Below are positions 25,658 to 38,977 of a stretch of DNA of 64,000 nucleotides, one piece after another; position 1 is the stretch's first letter; the number at the start of each line of letters is the position of its first letter. Below the pieces are notes generated by a model. That model was given only the letters and a program-made list of their open reading frames with translations. It made no database searches and was not told the origin of the DNA. Source of the DNA: Ginglymostoma cirratum (lineage: Eukaryota); NCBI GenBank assembly GCA_024137785.1, contig JAHRHZ010000058.1, positions 17,562,599 through 17,626,598 of the forward strand. The letters are read 5' to 3'. The position numbers and the translations under genes are program-made.

Positions 25658-27964
25658 TTTCCATATATTTGGATCAGAATAGAATTTTTAGATAATAAAA
25701 CATGACCAGCTTTTAAGTATTGTCCATTGGTTTTCTATTTGTGCTCTAATTAAAGCAGTTTAGAATTCAAAGTACCAACTTCTTCTTAAACTAAGCAATT
25801 GTAATCATTATGTTGAGTAGCAGGGTTGGAAAAGGTGAGTTGATCCAGTACAGAGAGTAGGAAAGGAACTGACCCAAGGAGAAACCAGGGAGCTGCAACA
25901 TTTGGTCTCTGTGGAGCTCCGGACACAGACCACTACCAGCAGCAGAGCTGAGCACTGGGGAAACTGAGCTGTTAGCAATAACATCCTTTCACAATGGTGA
26001 CCAGTCGCATTGATAAAATGGAAAAGCAGAGCTCTCTGATAGTTTAATTGTTGTTGACAATGCAAGAAGATGAAGGAGGGAATATGGAATATATCCGGGA
26101 CATGTCACATGAAATACGTCCATCCAAAGTTAGTGATGCTCTTGTGTAGATCAAATAAAACATGACATAAGCAATAGAATCTCTCACCACCCAAGACGTA
26201 ATGTCAATTCCCCTGGAGATATCAAAGGAGGGTTGGAGTTTGGATAAAGATGCACTGATGGCAATGTAATCTGGAGGGTGTTTACATGAAAAGGATTACT
26301 TTTCTCATAGAATTTCTCCCTGTCCATACTTTCCACACGTGAAAAGAAGGTGAAAACGAGAATATTTGAGCTTTTTTGAGAAAATTGCCAGGATATTGAG
26401 ACTTTAATGAGAAGCAAGGCTGACAACTCTACTTCACATCCTCAACAAGCTGAAGCAAAGCACCTCTCAGCCACAACTATTCATCAGCCAACTAAGTCCA
26501 GGGTCTACCTCAGGTGTAGCTCCTTTGTTTACACAACCAACTTAACAAAATTCTGGAAACCAGTTGTGGGTTGATCCTATTTCTCTTTTTTTTTTATGCA
26601 GTCCTCTCTGTCTATAATCTAGGAGCTTTTATATTCATCGCAGTTGTCAGGTTCCCAAAGAAATGTTGAGCAGCGCTGTTAAGATAGAGAGGTTTGGCAA
26701 AAGGGTGGGTCAACAGGTAGCAGAGGCCACAAGTTGAAAGGTCAGCAACAACAGGCTGGGTCAGGGAGAAAGGAACCCACTCCAAAATGGTACTGACCGG
26801 GTCATGTAGCCATACACGAGACCATCAATAAATAACTTTAAAAAGAAACTTGGAACACTAAACGAGAATACTGTCCCCATTAACTGACTGGCTGTAAAGT
26901 AAAACAACATTAATCAGACACTATTAAATAGGGGCCTACTATTCTGTTGTCCAACAAGAATCATCAACGTTAGTTATGTGCTTATTAATTGATATCTAGC
27001 CTCAATGGCATTTTAGGAGAGGGACTTGCACTTTTTCACTACCTGTCAGATGCCAGCTAATCCAACTGGATAGATTTGCCAACAGTGCACTCTTACAGTA
27101 TATGTCTAATTGGTGCAACAATGTGGTTGGTGGGCCCCATGATCAAAAATAAGCAGCAAAGATGCTTCTTAGAAAAATCTGACATAACCATTTGAATAGG
27201 CTGAACAGCCATTATCAGAAACAGTTAAATTTAAAAGCAAATGTAACTCTTCCCAACACATTTTGTAATAAAGAGCTGAGGTCTTGAGACTTTTCTCACT
27301 ATAGCTGAGTTAACATCACCAGAAACTGCCAAAGCGCTCAGAATGGAGTTATATATGGAACAGCAACTAAGTCATGAAGGTCTAACAGCTCTATTTATAC
27401 TTATGCATCAATTCCTTTGATTGTGCGGGTATTAATATAGATTTATATAATACAGTGTGGTGATATTTTTGACAGAATAACAGCATAATGGTCCAGATCT
27501 TCAAGTTAGAGTAGTGACAGACATTCATCTGTTTTCACTATTGAACTCTGGAATCAGAGAAAATCCCAATGTGCACCCATTCAAACTTCCAGAAAGCAGA
27601 AGTACAATATCTTCTCCCTTCCATTGATACCTCCAACAATATAATTCTTCTTATGGAATTGACTCTGCCATTGAGACTTGAGATAGATGCACTCAATTTG
27701 CCTAAATTTCTTTAACAGAATTCCTAGAACTTATGGACCAGAACTGATTTACAGCAGATGTTGTCAGAAGAAGATTTTTTTAAAAATACAGAACGTGTTT
27801 GAAAGCAAATTTCTGAACAATACCTACTTCACAGTCACACCAATTCTGCATTCCAAAGTTTATCATCCCAGGTTACACTGAGATCTTTAGTTGCTAATTT
27901 GATACTGCCATCTGTCATTGAATTTCATTGCAGTAAAGCAAGCATTCAGTTTAATATTAAATAG

Positions 27965-28775
27965 GGTTCAAAGGAATGGCAGATGGAGTTTAATTTAGAT
28001 AAATGTGAGGTGCTGCATTTTGGAAAGGCAAATCAGGGCAGGACTCATACATTTAAAGGTCCTGGGGAATGTTGCTGAAAAAAGAGACCTTGGAGTGCAG
28101 GTTCATATTTCCTTGAAAGTAGAGTTGCATGTAGACAAGATAGTGAAGGCAGCATTTGCTATGCTTACCTATATTGGTGAGTGCCTATACTGAGTATAGG
28201 AGTTGGGAGGTCATGTTCCGTCTGTACAGGACATTGGTTCGGCCACTTTTGGAATATTCTGGTCTCCATCCTATAGGAAGGATGTTGTGAAACTTGAAAG
28301 GCTTCAGAAAAGATTTACGAGGATGTTGCCAGAGTTGGAGGGTTCAAACTGTAGGGTAGGGCTGAATAGGCTGGGGCTATTTCTTCTGGAGCATCGGAGG
28401 CTGAAGGGTGACCTTAGAGGTTTATAAAATCATGAGGGACATGGATAGGGTAAATAGGCAAGGTCTTTTCCTTGGAGTGGAGCGTTCAAAACTAGAGGGC
28501 ATGGGTTTAAGGTGAGAGGGGAAAGATATAAAAGGGATGTAAGGGGCAACTTTTTCACACAGAGGGTGGTGTGTAAATAGAATGAACTGCCAGAGGAAGT
28601 GGTCGAGGCTGGTACAATTACAACGTTTAAAAGGCATCAGGTTGGGTATATGAATAGGAAGGGTTTAGAGGAATATGGGCCAAATTCTGGTGAATGGAAC
28701 TAGATATCTAGTTGGCATGGACAAGTTGGACCGAAGTGTCTGTTTCCATGCTATATTTCTCTATGCCTCTATGAC
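27965..28775 (+). mobile_element. CR1/HER1-type LINE 3' end
   Basis: ORF 28203-28427 FWSPSYRKDVVKLERLQKRFTRMLP...LEHRRLKGDL; tail ctctatgcctctatgactcta. Confidence 0.9.
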
Positions 28776-29340
28776 TCTAATAAATTACGCAGATGTAGAG
28801 ATGAAGTACACAGATTTTAGTATTTCATCTTTTGAGGTGGATAGATGTTTCAGTTGCAAATTTATTTCATTCTGAATATTCTTCAGAACTAACATTGTGG
28901 TTGCTAGGATTATTGATGCTGTTTCACTTCAATGAAAATTAATTCATTGTACTAGAGTATTGATGACATAAAATAGTTATGTCAGTTGTCAAAGGACTTT
29001 AAGATATGTGATCTATAATGGAATAGTCTATTCATTTCATTCAGTAAATTATTAATTTAAATTCATGCCAAAGTTTAGTACATATCCGATAGATCTTTCC
29101 AGTTATAATACTGAAAGTACTTTTTTTTGCTATTTTACCACAGTTACACAGTTCTTTGTGGCATCTTTTGTTCTTTACTATGATCTCATCAAACCTGCCA
29201 AGCACCAATTGTAAAAGAGATATAATGCTGACTGGACACTATGTGGGGGCAGGGATCATGAATTGGGGAAGACATTAAAGCTTAAAATGTGGAATGGTGA
29301 ACATTGGATTAAAGCACTCACTACACACCTCTTTTCTTAG

Positions 29341-29790
29341 AGGTAAAAAGAACTGTAGATGCTGGAGTCAGAGACAACACAGTATGGAGCTGGAAGAACA
29401 CAGCAGGTCAGGCAGCATCAGAGGAGTAGGAAAGGTGATGTTTCGAGTCAGGATCCTTCTTCCGAAATGGGGAGGGGGAAGGGACCTGGGAATAAATAGA
29501 GAGAGGAGGGGTGGGGCTGGGGAAGGTAGGTGCGTTGGTGATAATGAGTGCGGGTAGGGAGTGGTGGGAATTGGTCAGAGGAATGGGTGGGGCGAATAGT
29601 TGGGAGAGAAGATGGACAGTTGGTGTCAGGTCAAGGAGGCAGGGATGAGAGGGAGAGTTGGACATGGGTTAAGGCCAGGGGTGGGGAAATTTTAAAACTG
29701 GTGAATTCCATGTTTAGGCCATCGGGCTTGTAGTTTCCCAAGGCAAAATATGAGATGTTGCTCCTCCATTTTGCAGGTGGTGTCAGTATG
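29341..29790 (-). mobile_element. 5'-truncated PLE 3' end (related subfamily, includes ORF C-terminus and decayed hammerhead)
   Basis: Colinear with 21408-21925 (aataaatag.gagagg..., ggggaaattttaaaactggtgaattccatgtttaggccatcggg); hammerhead reverse complement atttcggaagaaggatcctgactcgaaacatc. Confidence 0.8.
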
Positions 29791-31019
29791 ATTTTCTTAA
29801 TTTCTCAGATGTTTACCCTGCCATTTTGTCACAGATCTTGCAGTTAATCTTAAATGAACAGCAGCAGCTGTATTATGCACTTATACTTGCCGCAGATTTT
29901 TCATTGAAATATATGATGTTGAGAAAGGCTTTTGTGTGTTGCCCTCTCCAGGGATTTGTATGAACAGAATATGTATCTTTAGCCAATCAGATTGAAGAAT
30001 CCTGAATGGTAACAAGCAGAGTCTGATTCAGGGTGTCTAAAGCAAGATCTTGAATTCAATGTCACCTATGTACAGAAACCAAATTAGAGAGGGAAAGAAA
30101 GATAAAAGAGACAGAAAGAAAGCATTTTTAAAGTTTCCCTCGATAATTAAAAAAAAAGGAATGTGATTCCATGGTTGTAAAAGTCAATTTTCAGTACCAG
30201 GATAATTATTTGATGATAATTAATCATACTATTCCAAAATATACTTACACTGGAATAGACATGCATTAACCATTTTTAGCATGTTGAGTGAGCGTCTTGG
30301 TAAGATGCAGGTATATAACTCAGCTTCCGAAGCAGCCTAATCAGATAACAACTTCCTGATTTCTACATTTAATTATTCATGAGTAGTCATTGTAAGTTAC
30401 TGTCAGATTAACTCTTTAAAGATGCTGAATAATGAAAGCCTCACAATATCCAGCCATTACGTTGGAAAATTAGAGGACCGGCTACATGTGACCATGATCA
30501 TCCATATATCTCCATGAATGCTGTGCCTTATGATAGGGTACAGTCCTTGGGTTCTATAGCCCTCTCGTATCTTATTCCAGCAACCATTTTCTCTGTAGAT
30601 ACAGTGACAGTGAGCACCAGCAGGCTGTTCAATAGCAGGGCATTTCAAAGTTGAATTCCATCTATATGGTCAACAGCAACACATGAACACTTTCCAGTGA
30701 GAATCACGAAATATAAGTCAGAAATCTGAACCCTAATAGAGTTTGCCTGTTCCAATTCCATGTAGATCTTCTAAAGATGTAAATGGTTTTGCTTTCTAGC
30801 TAATTAAAAAAAGATGTTCTAGTCTTCATGAATAAAGAGCAGCAGTGGATAGTCTTTACTCATTGCAGATCGTCGCAATCCTTATTATCCAATTTAACAA
30901 TAATATCTCAATCTTCTTGATGGTACAGAACAATTTATATGCTTAATGTATATGTTAGATCAATATGGTGTTAGGAATATAGTTACATTTCCATTGCATA
31001 TAGTATTGCAATCAAAATT

Positions 31020-32615
31020 CAGAGCTATGTAGGAAATTGGCAACAGGACCTCCAAAGTAGTAATCTCCCTATGCAACAAAGAAGTGAGTAGAGGAACAGG
31101 AGGATAAGTCACATCAATGCATGGCTAGATAGATGGTTCAGGAAGCAAGGCTTAAGATTGATGAGATGTTAGAACCAGCTGTGAGGAAGTTTTGTCCTAT
31201 ACAGGCCAGATGGTTTGCTCCTGATCTGAGCTGGTACTGAGTTCTTCATGAAGCATTTTGCTAGTGCTATTGGGGAGGGCTTAACTAACTTGACAGGGGT
31301 GTAGGAAAGTATCAGAGTGGAATACTAAGGTGCATGAATTACTGGGAGAGATAAAACACATTAGATTAGAAAATAGTGAATGAAAATGTTGCGTCAGAGT
31401 AAGGAAGAAAGTAATAAAACATAGATCAAAATCAATATACATGTATGTGTATGTACAGTGTGTGGTAAATAAAGATTGGTGAGTTGCAGATGCAGATTGT
31501 CACATGGAAATAGTATGTTGTGGCTATAACATAGACTTGGCTCAAGGAAGTCTGGATAGGTTGTTGCAATTGTTTTCTAGATACAAGTTGTTTACGCAAG
31601 ATCGGAAAGCACAAAAGGGAAGAGGTGTGGAGAAACATTAGTGAATAACGGTACTACACTATTATCGTAGGGGGTGCAGGAGCAGTGAGTCCTGTCTGTA
31701 GATGTGCATAAACAATTAAACATGGCATGACAGGTTGCAAGAGTAGTTAATGCATAAAGTTTCCTGGACTTTCTAAAGGAGCATAGATTAAAAGAGCAAG
31801 GAGGTTGCTTTTTGTGAGAGTCCCTTCAAGCCCAAAATGGTCTAATACGGATTAGGATACCCATCTTTCTGATCTAACTAAAAGAGTCAGGTTGACTACA
31901 TAGCTACAGACACTGTTAGGAGTACACTAGCCCAAGTTCTGTCTCCCATAAACTCCTCTTTTACCTTGAACAAGTAACCTTGATATCATCTCAATGTGTG
32001 ATTTTTATTGTTCTCAATCGATAATTAACTCTTTCAGACCATTTCAAACGTATGCACAGCAGTTAATTGTATTCTAGACAAACATGTATAAACATTAGTT
32101 CGACCTCAGCCGGACTTTGCATCCAGTTCTGGGCACTGCATTTTAGGAAGAATATGAAGACATTTGAGAAAGTGAGAAAGAGATTTATTAGAATTACTCC
32201 AAGGATGAGGGATTTCTCATATGTAGATGTTTGGAGAGCTGGCGCTGTTTTCCTTTGAGAAGAAAAGGCTGAAAGGAGATCTGATAGAAGTATTCAAAAT
32301 ACTGAGAAATCTGGACAGATTAAATAAGGAGAAAGTGTTCCACCTCATGATATTGGATTGAGAATGAGAAGGCACAGTGAAGTAAGAAACTACACCAGTG
32401 CTTAGCATACATTGCCACAAAGTATTCTGGAAGTACGTTCAATTGAAGCATTCAAAAACTGAATTGGATGGTTATTTGAAAGAACCACTGTGCAAGGTTA
32501 CAGGGAGAAGTCACAGGAATAGCACTAAGTGAGATGCTCATTTGGAGAGTAAATGCAGAAATAAAGGGCTGAATGGCTTCCTGTTGTGCTGTAATAATGT
32601 TTGTGATTCTATATT
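31020..32615 (+). mobile_element. Fragmented CR1 (ORF1 esterase-like, APE start and RT 3' pieces) with unrelated insert at about 31807-32078
   Basis: aatgcatggctagatagatggttcagg (NAWL.RW ORF1-like); gtggctataacatagacttggctc (VAITETWL-like); CIQFWALHFRK...KRFIRI. Confidence 0.7.
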
Positions 32616-34931
32616 ATGTGCACCGTAATATGCAAAATTCCAGCAGAATTTAATGTTTTTCTATGAATTTCAACATGTCATAAGTAAAGATAACTAAGAG
32701 GAAATGAATTAAAAATAATAAGCAGACTTAATGTAGATTGTGATTGCAAAGGTTTTATAAATACAAAATTAACATACTCAATCAAGGCTACAATTTTGGG
32801 GAGAAAGACCAATGTGAGTAGGAGATAAATAGAATAGACTCTAGACAAAAGCAATGTATCTCATTGAAAACAGAATGAAGCGTAAAGACTCCTTTTTCTC
32901 CCCCCATGGAGGATAATGGTTTTTGTGCGATTGTGAATGTGGATGATTTTCTGTGGCATACAATAGGTCAGAGCCTAATATTGTACATGAGATAGGATGA
33001 AGTTATTGCAGTTTTACTTGATTACTTCAGAGTCATGACACTACTTTGTGGAGTTGGTGAGTTTGTTCAATTAAATATTATATTTTTCATAATGTATGGT
33101 AACTTATCTATTCACACATGCAACATTCATTCGTATGCTGCAAATTCTAATTTTTGATCAGTTTTTGATCACCATCAAACTGTTTACCTGGATTAATTTT
33201 TGCTTTAAAATGCAGTGGAAATAAATCATCTATATTGCGTGCACACAAAAAAAACCTGTCTCTTGCTTCAAAACTTTATCCATATTTCAACACCAGCATG
33301 TGATTATCAGACCAAGATTCTAAAGCTCAAAACTTCACTCAAACTTTAATAAACAGTTCTGAAGCATAATATTCAATTTAAGGTGGGAGTGATTTATACT
33401 TTGGGAAATTATAAGCCTGGTATGCTCAATCTTCAAAATCTTAAATGAAGAACTTACTGATTATCTTTTGCTCAAGAAGTTTTTATTATGGTTTGAAAGT
33501 ATTGATAGATTACTAGTGGATATCCAGTGCAAATTAGAAATACCATAAAACAATTTTTAGTGAACTGAAAGGTTGACAAATTAAAATATCTTTAATTCTT
33601 TGTCTTTTTTGAACCAAAGTGATACTGGAACTGACATAAGAGCAGTCAGCAAAGAAATCCCATACCTGACTTGGACCTAAGCTAAGTCAAACATTGTGTT
33701 TAATTAAATACTCAATTATAAAATCTGTTCCAAAGGTTCTGGTCTAAAGCAGAATTGTAAATGCTAAGAAAATGAGAAGATTAACATGGGCAAAGTTTGT
33801 GTTCCGTTGACCTCAGAAGATAATGGATAATTAACAAACTGCAACCAGGATTTCCCTTTTCTTACCTTAAGTATTGAGGCAGGTGTGTTTAAGAGTGAGA
33901 CACTCCCTACCCCCACCAATGAGAGACCCTATCAGATCATATAACAATCAGGCACTTCAGCCAACAGTTTTTGGGAGAGTGATACCCTAGTCTGTCTGAG
34001 AATTGAACATTCAAAAAACAGTAGCAGCTGGGAGCAACATTGCTGGTTTGGAGGCCCAGGGTAGTGGCTGTACAGTACAACAGAACCCGGGAGCAGTGGG
34101 AAGGTAAATTTTAGGGGGAGGATCGTGGGGCTGTTGGCACAGGGAGAAAGAATGCATCAGAATCAGAATAAAGGCAGAGGGATGGCAATCATCATCCACC
34201 TTCCTCTCATCCAAGCCCCCGATCACCCAAATTGACCCCATCACTATTATCCCAGTGTACAGACTGTCACATTGTAGCAGTCAGAGAGGCCTCCGACCAC
34301 TTTTCTCAACTGTCAGGAACAAAGTTAATGGGGGCCAGTAAGGAGCAGAGGCTTTTAATTGGTGGCAGGTCTGGAAGGTTGACCATCAGCTTTACGATCC
34401 TGAAGTAATTTCTGAAGTGGCAGAAAGAGGACAGATATCTCCCTGTTGCCCACCTGTCTGATTATCTGCCTTTCCTAACACCTTTCCTGCCACTTCCTAG
34501 GAGTGTAAAATCTTGATCTTGGTGTGTTATAAAATCTAAGATGTTTTGAGGTTCTGTTTATGAAAGCTGAGAATGAAAACGTTGCAAAGGGTATACAGTT
34601 AGAAGAGTCGACAAAAGGAAGAGGAACATCATATGTTTTGTGGCACAAGTAACATTCTTAATTAAGCTCGGTTGATTGAAGAAAGCTACCAAACAAGTAG
34701 TATCATTATCATTTTAAACCACGATTATTTCACCTGCTTATGTTTGCATCATATTACATAACAATATTATCAACATGCAGGATTTCAAATTAATTTGCAC
34801 TTCATGTATAGAAGATGGGGGTTCAGATCCCAGTTTGGCTAATATTAAGATTTTTCATATCTTTCTTCAAAAGTTTCAGTAATGTGATAAATTTAACTAG
34901 CTCTGTTTCTACTTTCCGTTTTCATCTTCAG

Positions 34932-35045
34932 GAGGCCGAACACTTCAAATTCTGAATGCTAAAGAGAAGGATTCAGGAAGATATACCTGTATTGCTACAA
35001 ATGAAGCTGGAGAAACACTTAAGCATTATGAAGTAAAAGTATACA
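34932..35045 (+). CDS. HMCN1: HMCN1 exon (Ig C-half), phase 1-1
   Basis: cttcag|GAGGCCGA...GTATACA|gtaagt; GGRTLQILNAKEKDSGRYTCIATNEAGETLKHYEVKVY; 114 nt. Confidence 0.95.
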
Positions 35046-35187
35046 GTAAGTGCTTTCAGTTTAGTTTAGTTATTCTGAAACTCTGTGAAATGCCCTGTGG
35101 AATAGTTTCATTTAGTAAGTCTGTTAATGGAGAATTTTGCTGTGATTTTACCAGGGAACTTAGAATGTAATTTTATTTTATTCCTAG

Positions 35188-35333
35188 TCCCGCCTACCAT
35201 CAATAAAGATGATGTGCCAGGTTTTGGTTTGTCACCTAAAGAAATTAAGATCAAAGTAAACAGCAGCTTGACTCTACAATGTGAATCTCATGCAATTCCA
35301 GCAGCTACCCTTCGCTGGTATAAAGACGGACAG
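35188..35333 (+). CDS. HMCN1: HMCN1 exon (Ig N-half), phase 1-0
   Basis: tcctag|TCCCGCCT...GGACAG|gtctgt; [49 protein letters not shown]; 146 nt. Confidence 0.94.
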
Positions 35334-36314
35334 GTCTGTTGATTCCTTCATGAATAATATTGAATGAACATTTGAAGTTGCATTGTTGTGTTGTGTGAAA
35401 TGATGATTCTGATCGAATTTACATTCTCAAACTTTTACTATTCATGTGTCACATTGAAAACTAACAGCTAATAAAACTATACCAATTTAACAAATTCCAA
35501 CAGACGATAGTTGATAAGAGCAAATCTGCCTAAAGTTCAAATTAAAAAGCAATAATTGTGATTGCATATAATGTCCCAAATAAATATATTGCTTTCATTT
35601 TCTGAATAATTTCAAAAAGCTCTGAGAAATTAGACTAGCTGACTGAGAACTGTTCTATGACTTTTAAGACAGTATGGAATAGTTCTCTAAACAGCAACTT
35701 AAAAGTCACTCAGAGCCAATGAATACTAATAGTTCTGTGATAATATCAAATTGGGCTCCTGGCCACCCTTACAACACTTGTTTAGCTAGGGGTCATCACT
35801 GCATGGAGAGTTCGGACCAGAATTCCAACTGCCAAGATTTCCAATGCCTTTTCTCAGATATTAAATCATAGCAGTGCTGCAGAATAAGTATCCAAATGGT
35901 TAAAAGAGCTTACTGCCACCTTCTTCATGATGCTCCAGGAGGACAGTTAGGGAAACGGAAGGTAAATCACTGAGACTCTGGTCTTGGACATCTGTACTAT
36001 AAGATCCATATGTAGAGTCAGCTGTAATCCCAGGAGCACTGTGAAATCTTGGTTGATAATTGACCAGCTGTCCAAATTGCTCTTTGTTAACCACCACAAT
36101 CTCAACAGATTTTGGGTAGGATTGCAAAGGGAAATCCAAGTCATGAAGTAACAAAATATGTAGATAAATGCAGGGGAAATAGGATAAATATTGGAAGCAG
36201 GTGAAGATATAAGGCTACATCCGAGTTGAAAACGAAGCAATGATATAAGTTTTGGATTCAACCAGCAGAGTCACCATGAGATGGAGTGTGGTCTCCTGTG
36301 TTGTAAGCATGTAA

Positions 36315-36820
36315 TAGAACAAAGAAAACTTACAGCCCAGGAACAGGCCCTTCGGCCCTCCAAGCCTGTGCCGATCCAAATCCACTGTCTAAACCTATCG
36401 CCCAATTCCTAAGGATCTGTATCCCTCTGCTCCCCACCTACTCATGCATCTCTCCAGACGCACCTTAAATGAATCTACCATGCCTGCCTCTACTACCTCT
36501 GCTGGCAATGCGTTCCAGGCACCTACCCCCCTCTGTGTAAAGTACTTTCCGTGTGTATCCCCCTTAAACTTTTCTCCTCTCACCTTGAACGCGTGACCCC
36601 TCGTTATTGAATCCCTCACCCTGGGAAAAAGCTTATCTCTATCAACCCTGTCTATACCCTTCATGATTTTGAAGACCTCAATCAGGTCCCCCCTCAATCT
36701 CCTTTTTTCTAATGAAAACAATCCTAACCTACTCAACCTCTCTTCATAGCTAGCACCTTCCATACCAGGCAACATCCTCGTAAACCTTCTCTGTACCCTC
36801 TCCAAAGCTTCCACATCCAA
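36315..36820 (-). mobile_element. Young CR1-type LINE 3' end
   Basis: Uninterrupted ORF 36395-36820: DVEALERVQRRFTRMLPGM...RRLRGDLIEVFKIMKG...TRGH.FK...FTQR.V.AWNALP. Confidence 0.9.
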
Positions 36821-36953
36821 TAATGTTGATTACATTAGGTTATTGCCAGAGATCTATTATTCTTTAAACTTAAACTACAGTTTCTTACGATTAATAATGA
36901 AGATTGATGTCTTTGTATTTTCATGAGAAGAAAACAACTCTTTATATTTCTAG

Positions 36954-37104
36954 CCTCTCCAGAAAGATGATCATATTACTATCACAGCAAATGGACATAT
37001 CATTCAGATCAAGAATACGCAGCTTTCAGATACAGGACGATATACTTGTGTTGCCACCAACATCGCTGGAGAGGATGAAAAAGACTATGATGTGAATGTT
37101 CAAG
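36954..37104 (+). CDS. HMCN1: HMCN1 exon (Ig C-half), phase 0-1
   Basis: ttctag|CCTCTCCA...GTTCAAG|gttgga; [50 protein letters not shown]; 151 nt. Confidence 0.94.
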
Positions 37105-37262
37105 GTTGGATTGCATTACCTATTTTCTGTAATGTTTTTATGATACAATTTGGGATAATCTAGTTATACCTCTTGCCCCTGCTAACTACACTGCTAACAA
37201 GGAAGTTAATAGAATCTCCGCCAGTATGAGTCATATCTGAAAACAGTAGGTAAGAAATTAAT

Positions 37263-37360
37263 GAGATAACAAGCATGGGGCTGGATGAGCACAGCAGGTC
37301 AAGCAGCATCATAGGAGCAGGAAAACTTGACGTTTCGGGCCTAAACCCTTCATCAGAAAT
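37263..37360 (-). mobile_element. About 95-bp solo PLE tail (hammerhead-only insertion), same young subfamily as 21408-23812
   Basis: Near-identical to 21408-21505. TSD AGAAATTAAT at 37253-37262 and 37355-37364, the latter overlapping the element end. Confidence 0.88.
37325..37360 (-). ncRNA. Minimal hammerhead ribozyme, intact core
   Basis: Reverse complement atttCTGATGAagggtttaggcccGAAAcGTCaagt; differs from the 23679 motif only in loop II. Confidence 0.8.
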
Positions 37361-37429
37361 TAATATTCAATTAACAAAACAGTGCTGTAGTTTAGCCTGG
37401 CTATAGACAGATGAAAGGTCTGGCTGTCT

Positions 37430-38690
37430 TACAGGATGTGGATTTTGCTGGCTTGGCCAGCATTCATTGCTCATCCCTAATTCCCCTTGAAAAGTTGGCG
37501 GTGAGCTACCTCCGTGAACCACTGCAGTCAATGTCATGCAGATACACACGCAGTGATGTTAAAAAGGGAGATTTAAGATTATGATGCAGCCAGCAATGAA
37601 ACAGTAGTGATAGAGATACAAATCAGGACGGTGTGTGTCTTGGAGGGGAATTTTCAACGTTGGCATTCCCATGCATCTGCAGTGTTTGTCCTTCTAGGTA
37701 ACAAAGGTCACGCTTTTGGAAGGTGTTCTTGAAGAAGACTTGAAGAGTTTCTGCAGTGCATTCTGTCAGTAGTACACACTGTGTATGAATGATAGAAGGA
37801 GTGAATGTTGTAGGTTGATGGGGCATCAAACATGCAGATTGCTTTGTCTGAATGGTGTAAACTTCCTTGAGCCTTGTCCGAGTTTCACTCATCCGGACAA
37901 ATGTACTGTATTCCTTTACGTTCTCGCCTCATGCCTGGTAAATGGTGGATAGGTTTTGGGGAGAAAAGAGGTGAGTTATTCACTAGAGAGTTCCTGGCAT
38001 CTAGCCTGCTGTTGTGTTTATATGACTGGTTCAATTCAGTCTCTGGTAATGGTAAACCCAAGATGTTAATGGTGGGCTTTTCAGCAATGCTAATACCATT
38101 CAGTGTCAAGGGGTGACAATCAATTCCTGGAGCTTGTATGGTGTGGATTGGAAGTTATATACCACAGATTTGTCTAGGTGTGGACATTAATCATGTCTCG
38201 CTGTGTGTGAACATGATCTGCTTCAGTACCTGATCTGTCGCAAATGGTGCAGAACACATGGTGGCTCAGTAGTTAGCACCACTGCCACACAGTGCCAAGG
38301 ACCTGGGTTTGATTCCACCCTCGGCCGACTGTCTGTGTGGAGTTTGCATGTTCTCCCCGTGTCTGTGTGGGTTTCCTCTGGGTGCTTCAGTTTCTTCCCA
38401 CAGTCCAAAGATGTGCAGGCTAGGTGGATTGGACATGCTAAATTGCCTGTAGTGTTCAGGAATGTGTAACTTAGGTGGGTTATAGGAGGATGGGTTTGGG
38501 TGGGATGCTTTGAGGGTCGGTATGGACTTGTTGGGCCGAAGGGCCTGTTTACACACTGTAGGGATTCTATAATTCTATGTTCAGCAAATATCCCCACTTC
38601 CGATGATATGACGAAGGGAAGGTCATTGATGAAGTAGTTGAAGATGCATGAGACAAAGACACTGTTCTAAGGAACTCATGCAGGTATCTA
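37430..38690 (-). mobile_element. LINE (second family) 3' fragment interrupted by V-SINE
   Basis: ggccagcattcattgctcatccctaattccccttgaa tail; homologous to 19660-20470 and 44220-45620. Confidence 0.7.
38256..38580 (+). mobile_element. V-SINE (HE1-like) nested in a LINE fragment
   Basis: Same head, core and tail as 393-743; LINE sequence resumes on both sides. Confidence 0.85.
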
Positions 38691-38977
38691 GTTCTCTCAG
38701 ATGTCACGTGCTTTTACTATTGCATAAAACATAAAAAGACTAATTTGAATTGTTTTGTTTCCTATCGATTCAGATTTGTTTTATGTCTGTCTAATTATTT
38801 TCTGCATATTGTTAGACAGCAGACACTAGCATTACTTTTGCATCTATTAGATGCTGGATTTATTCTATATTTACTCATGGTATGCATTTTATCATACAAT
38901 AATTGAATTCTTATGATGTGCAAGTTTTTTTTAAAAAACTTTGTCTCTCCTGACTATACTTTTAATCATTTATTTAG

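Noticed and set aside
33840-34515. GC-rich patches with ggattt...aaaatc ends (also about 46365-46900) as non-autonomous DNA transposons
   Set aside because: Too degraded to define TIRs or TSDs by eye.
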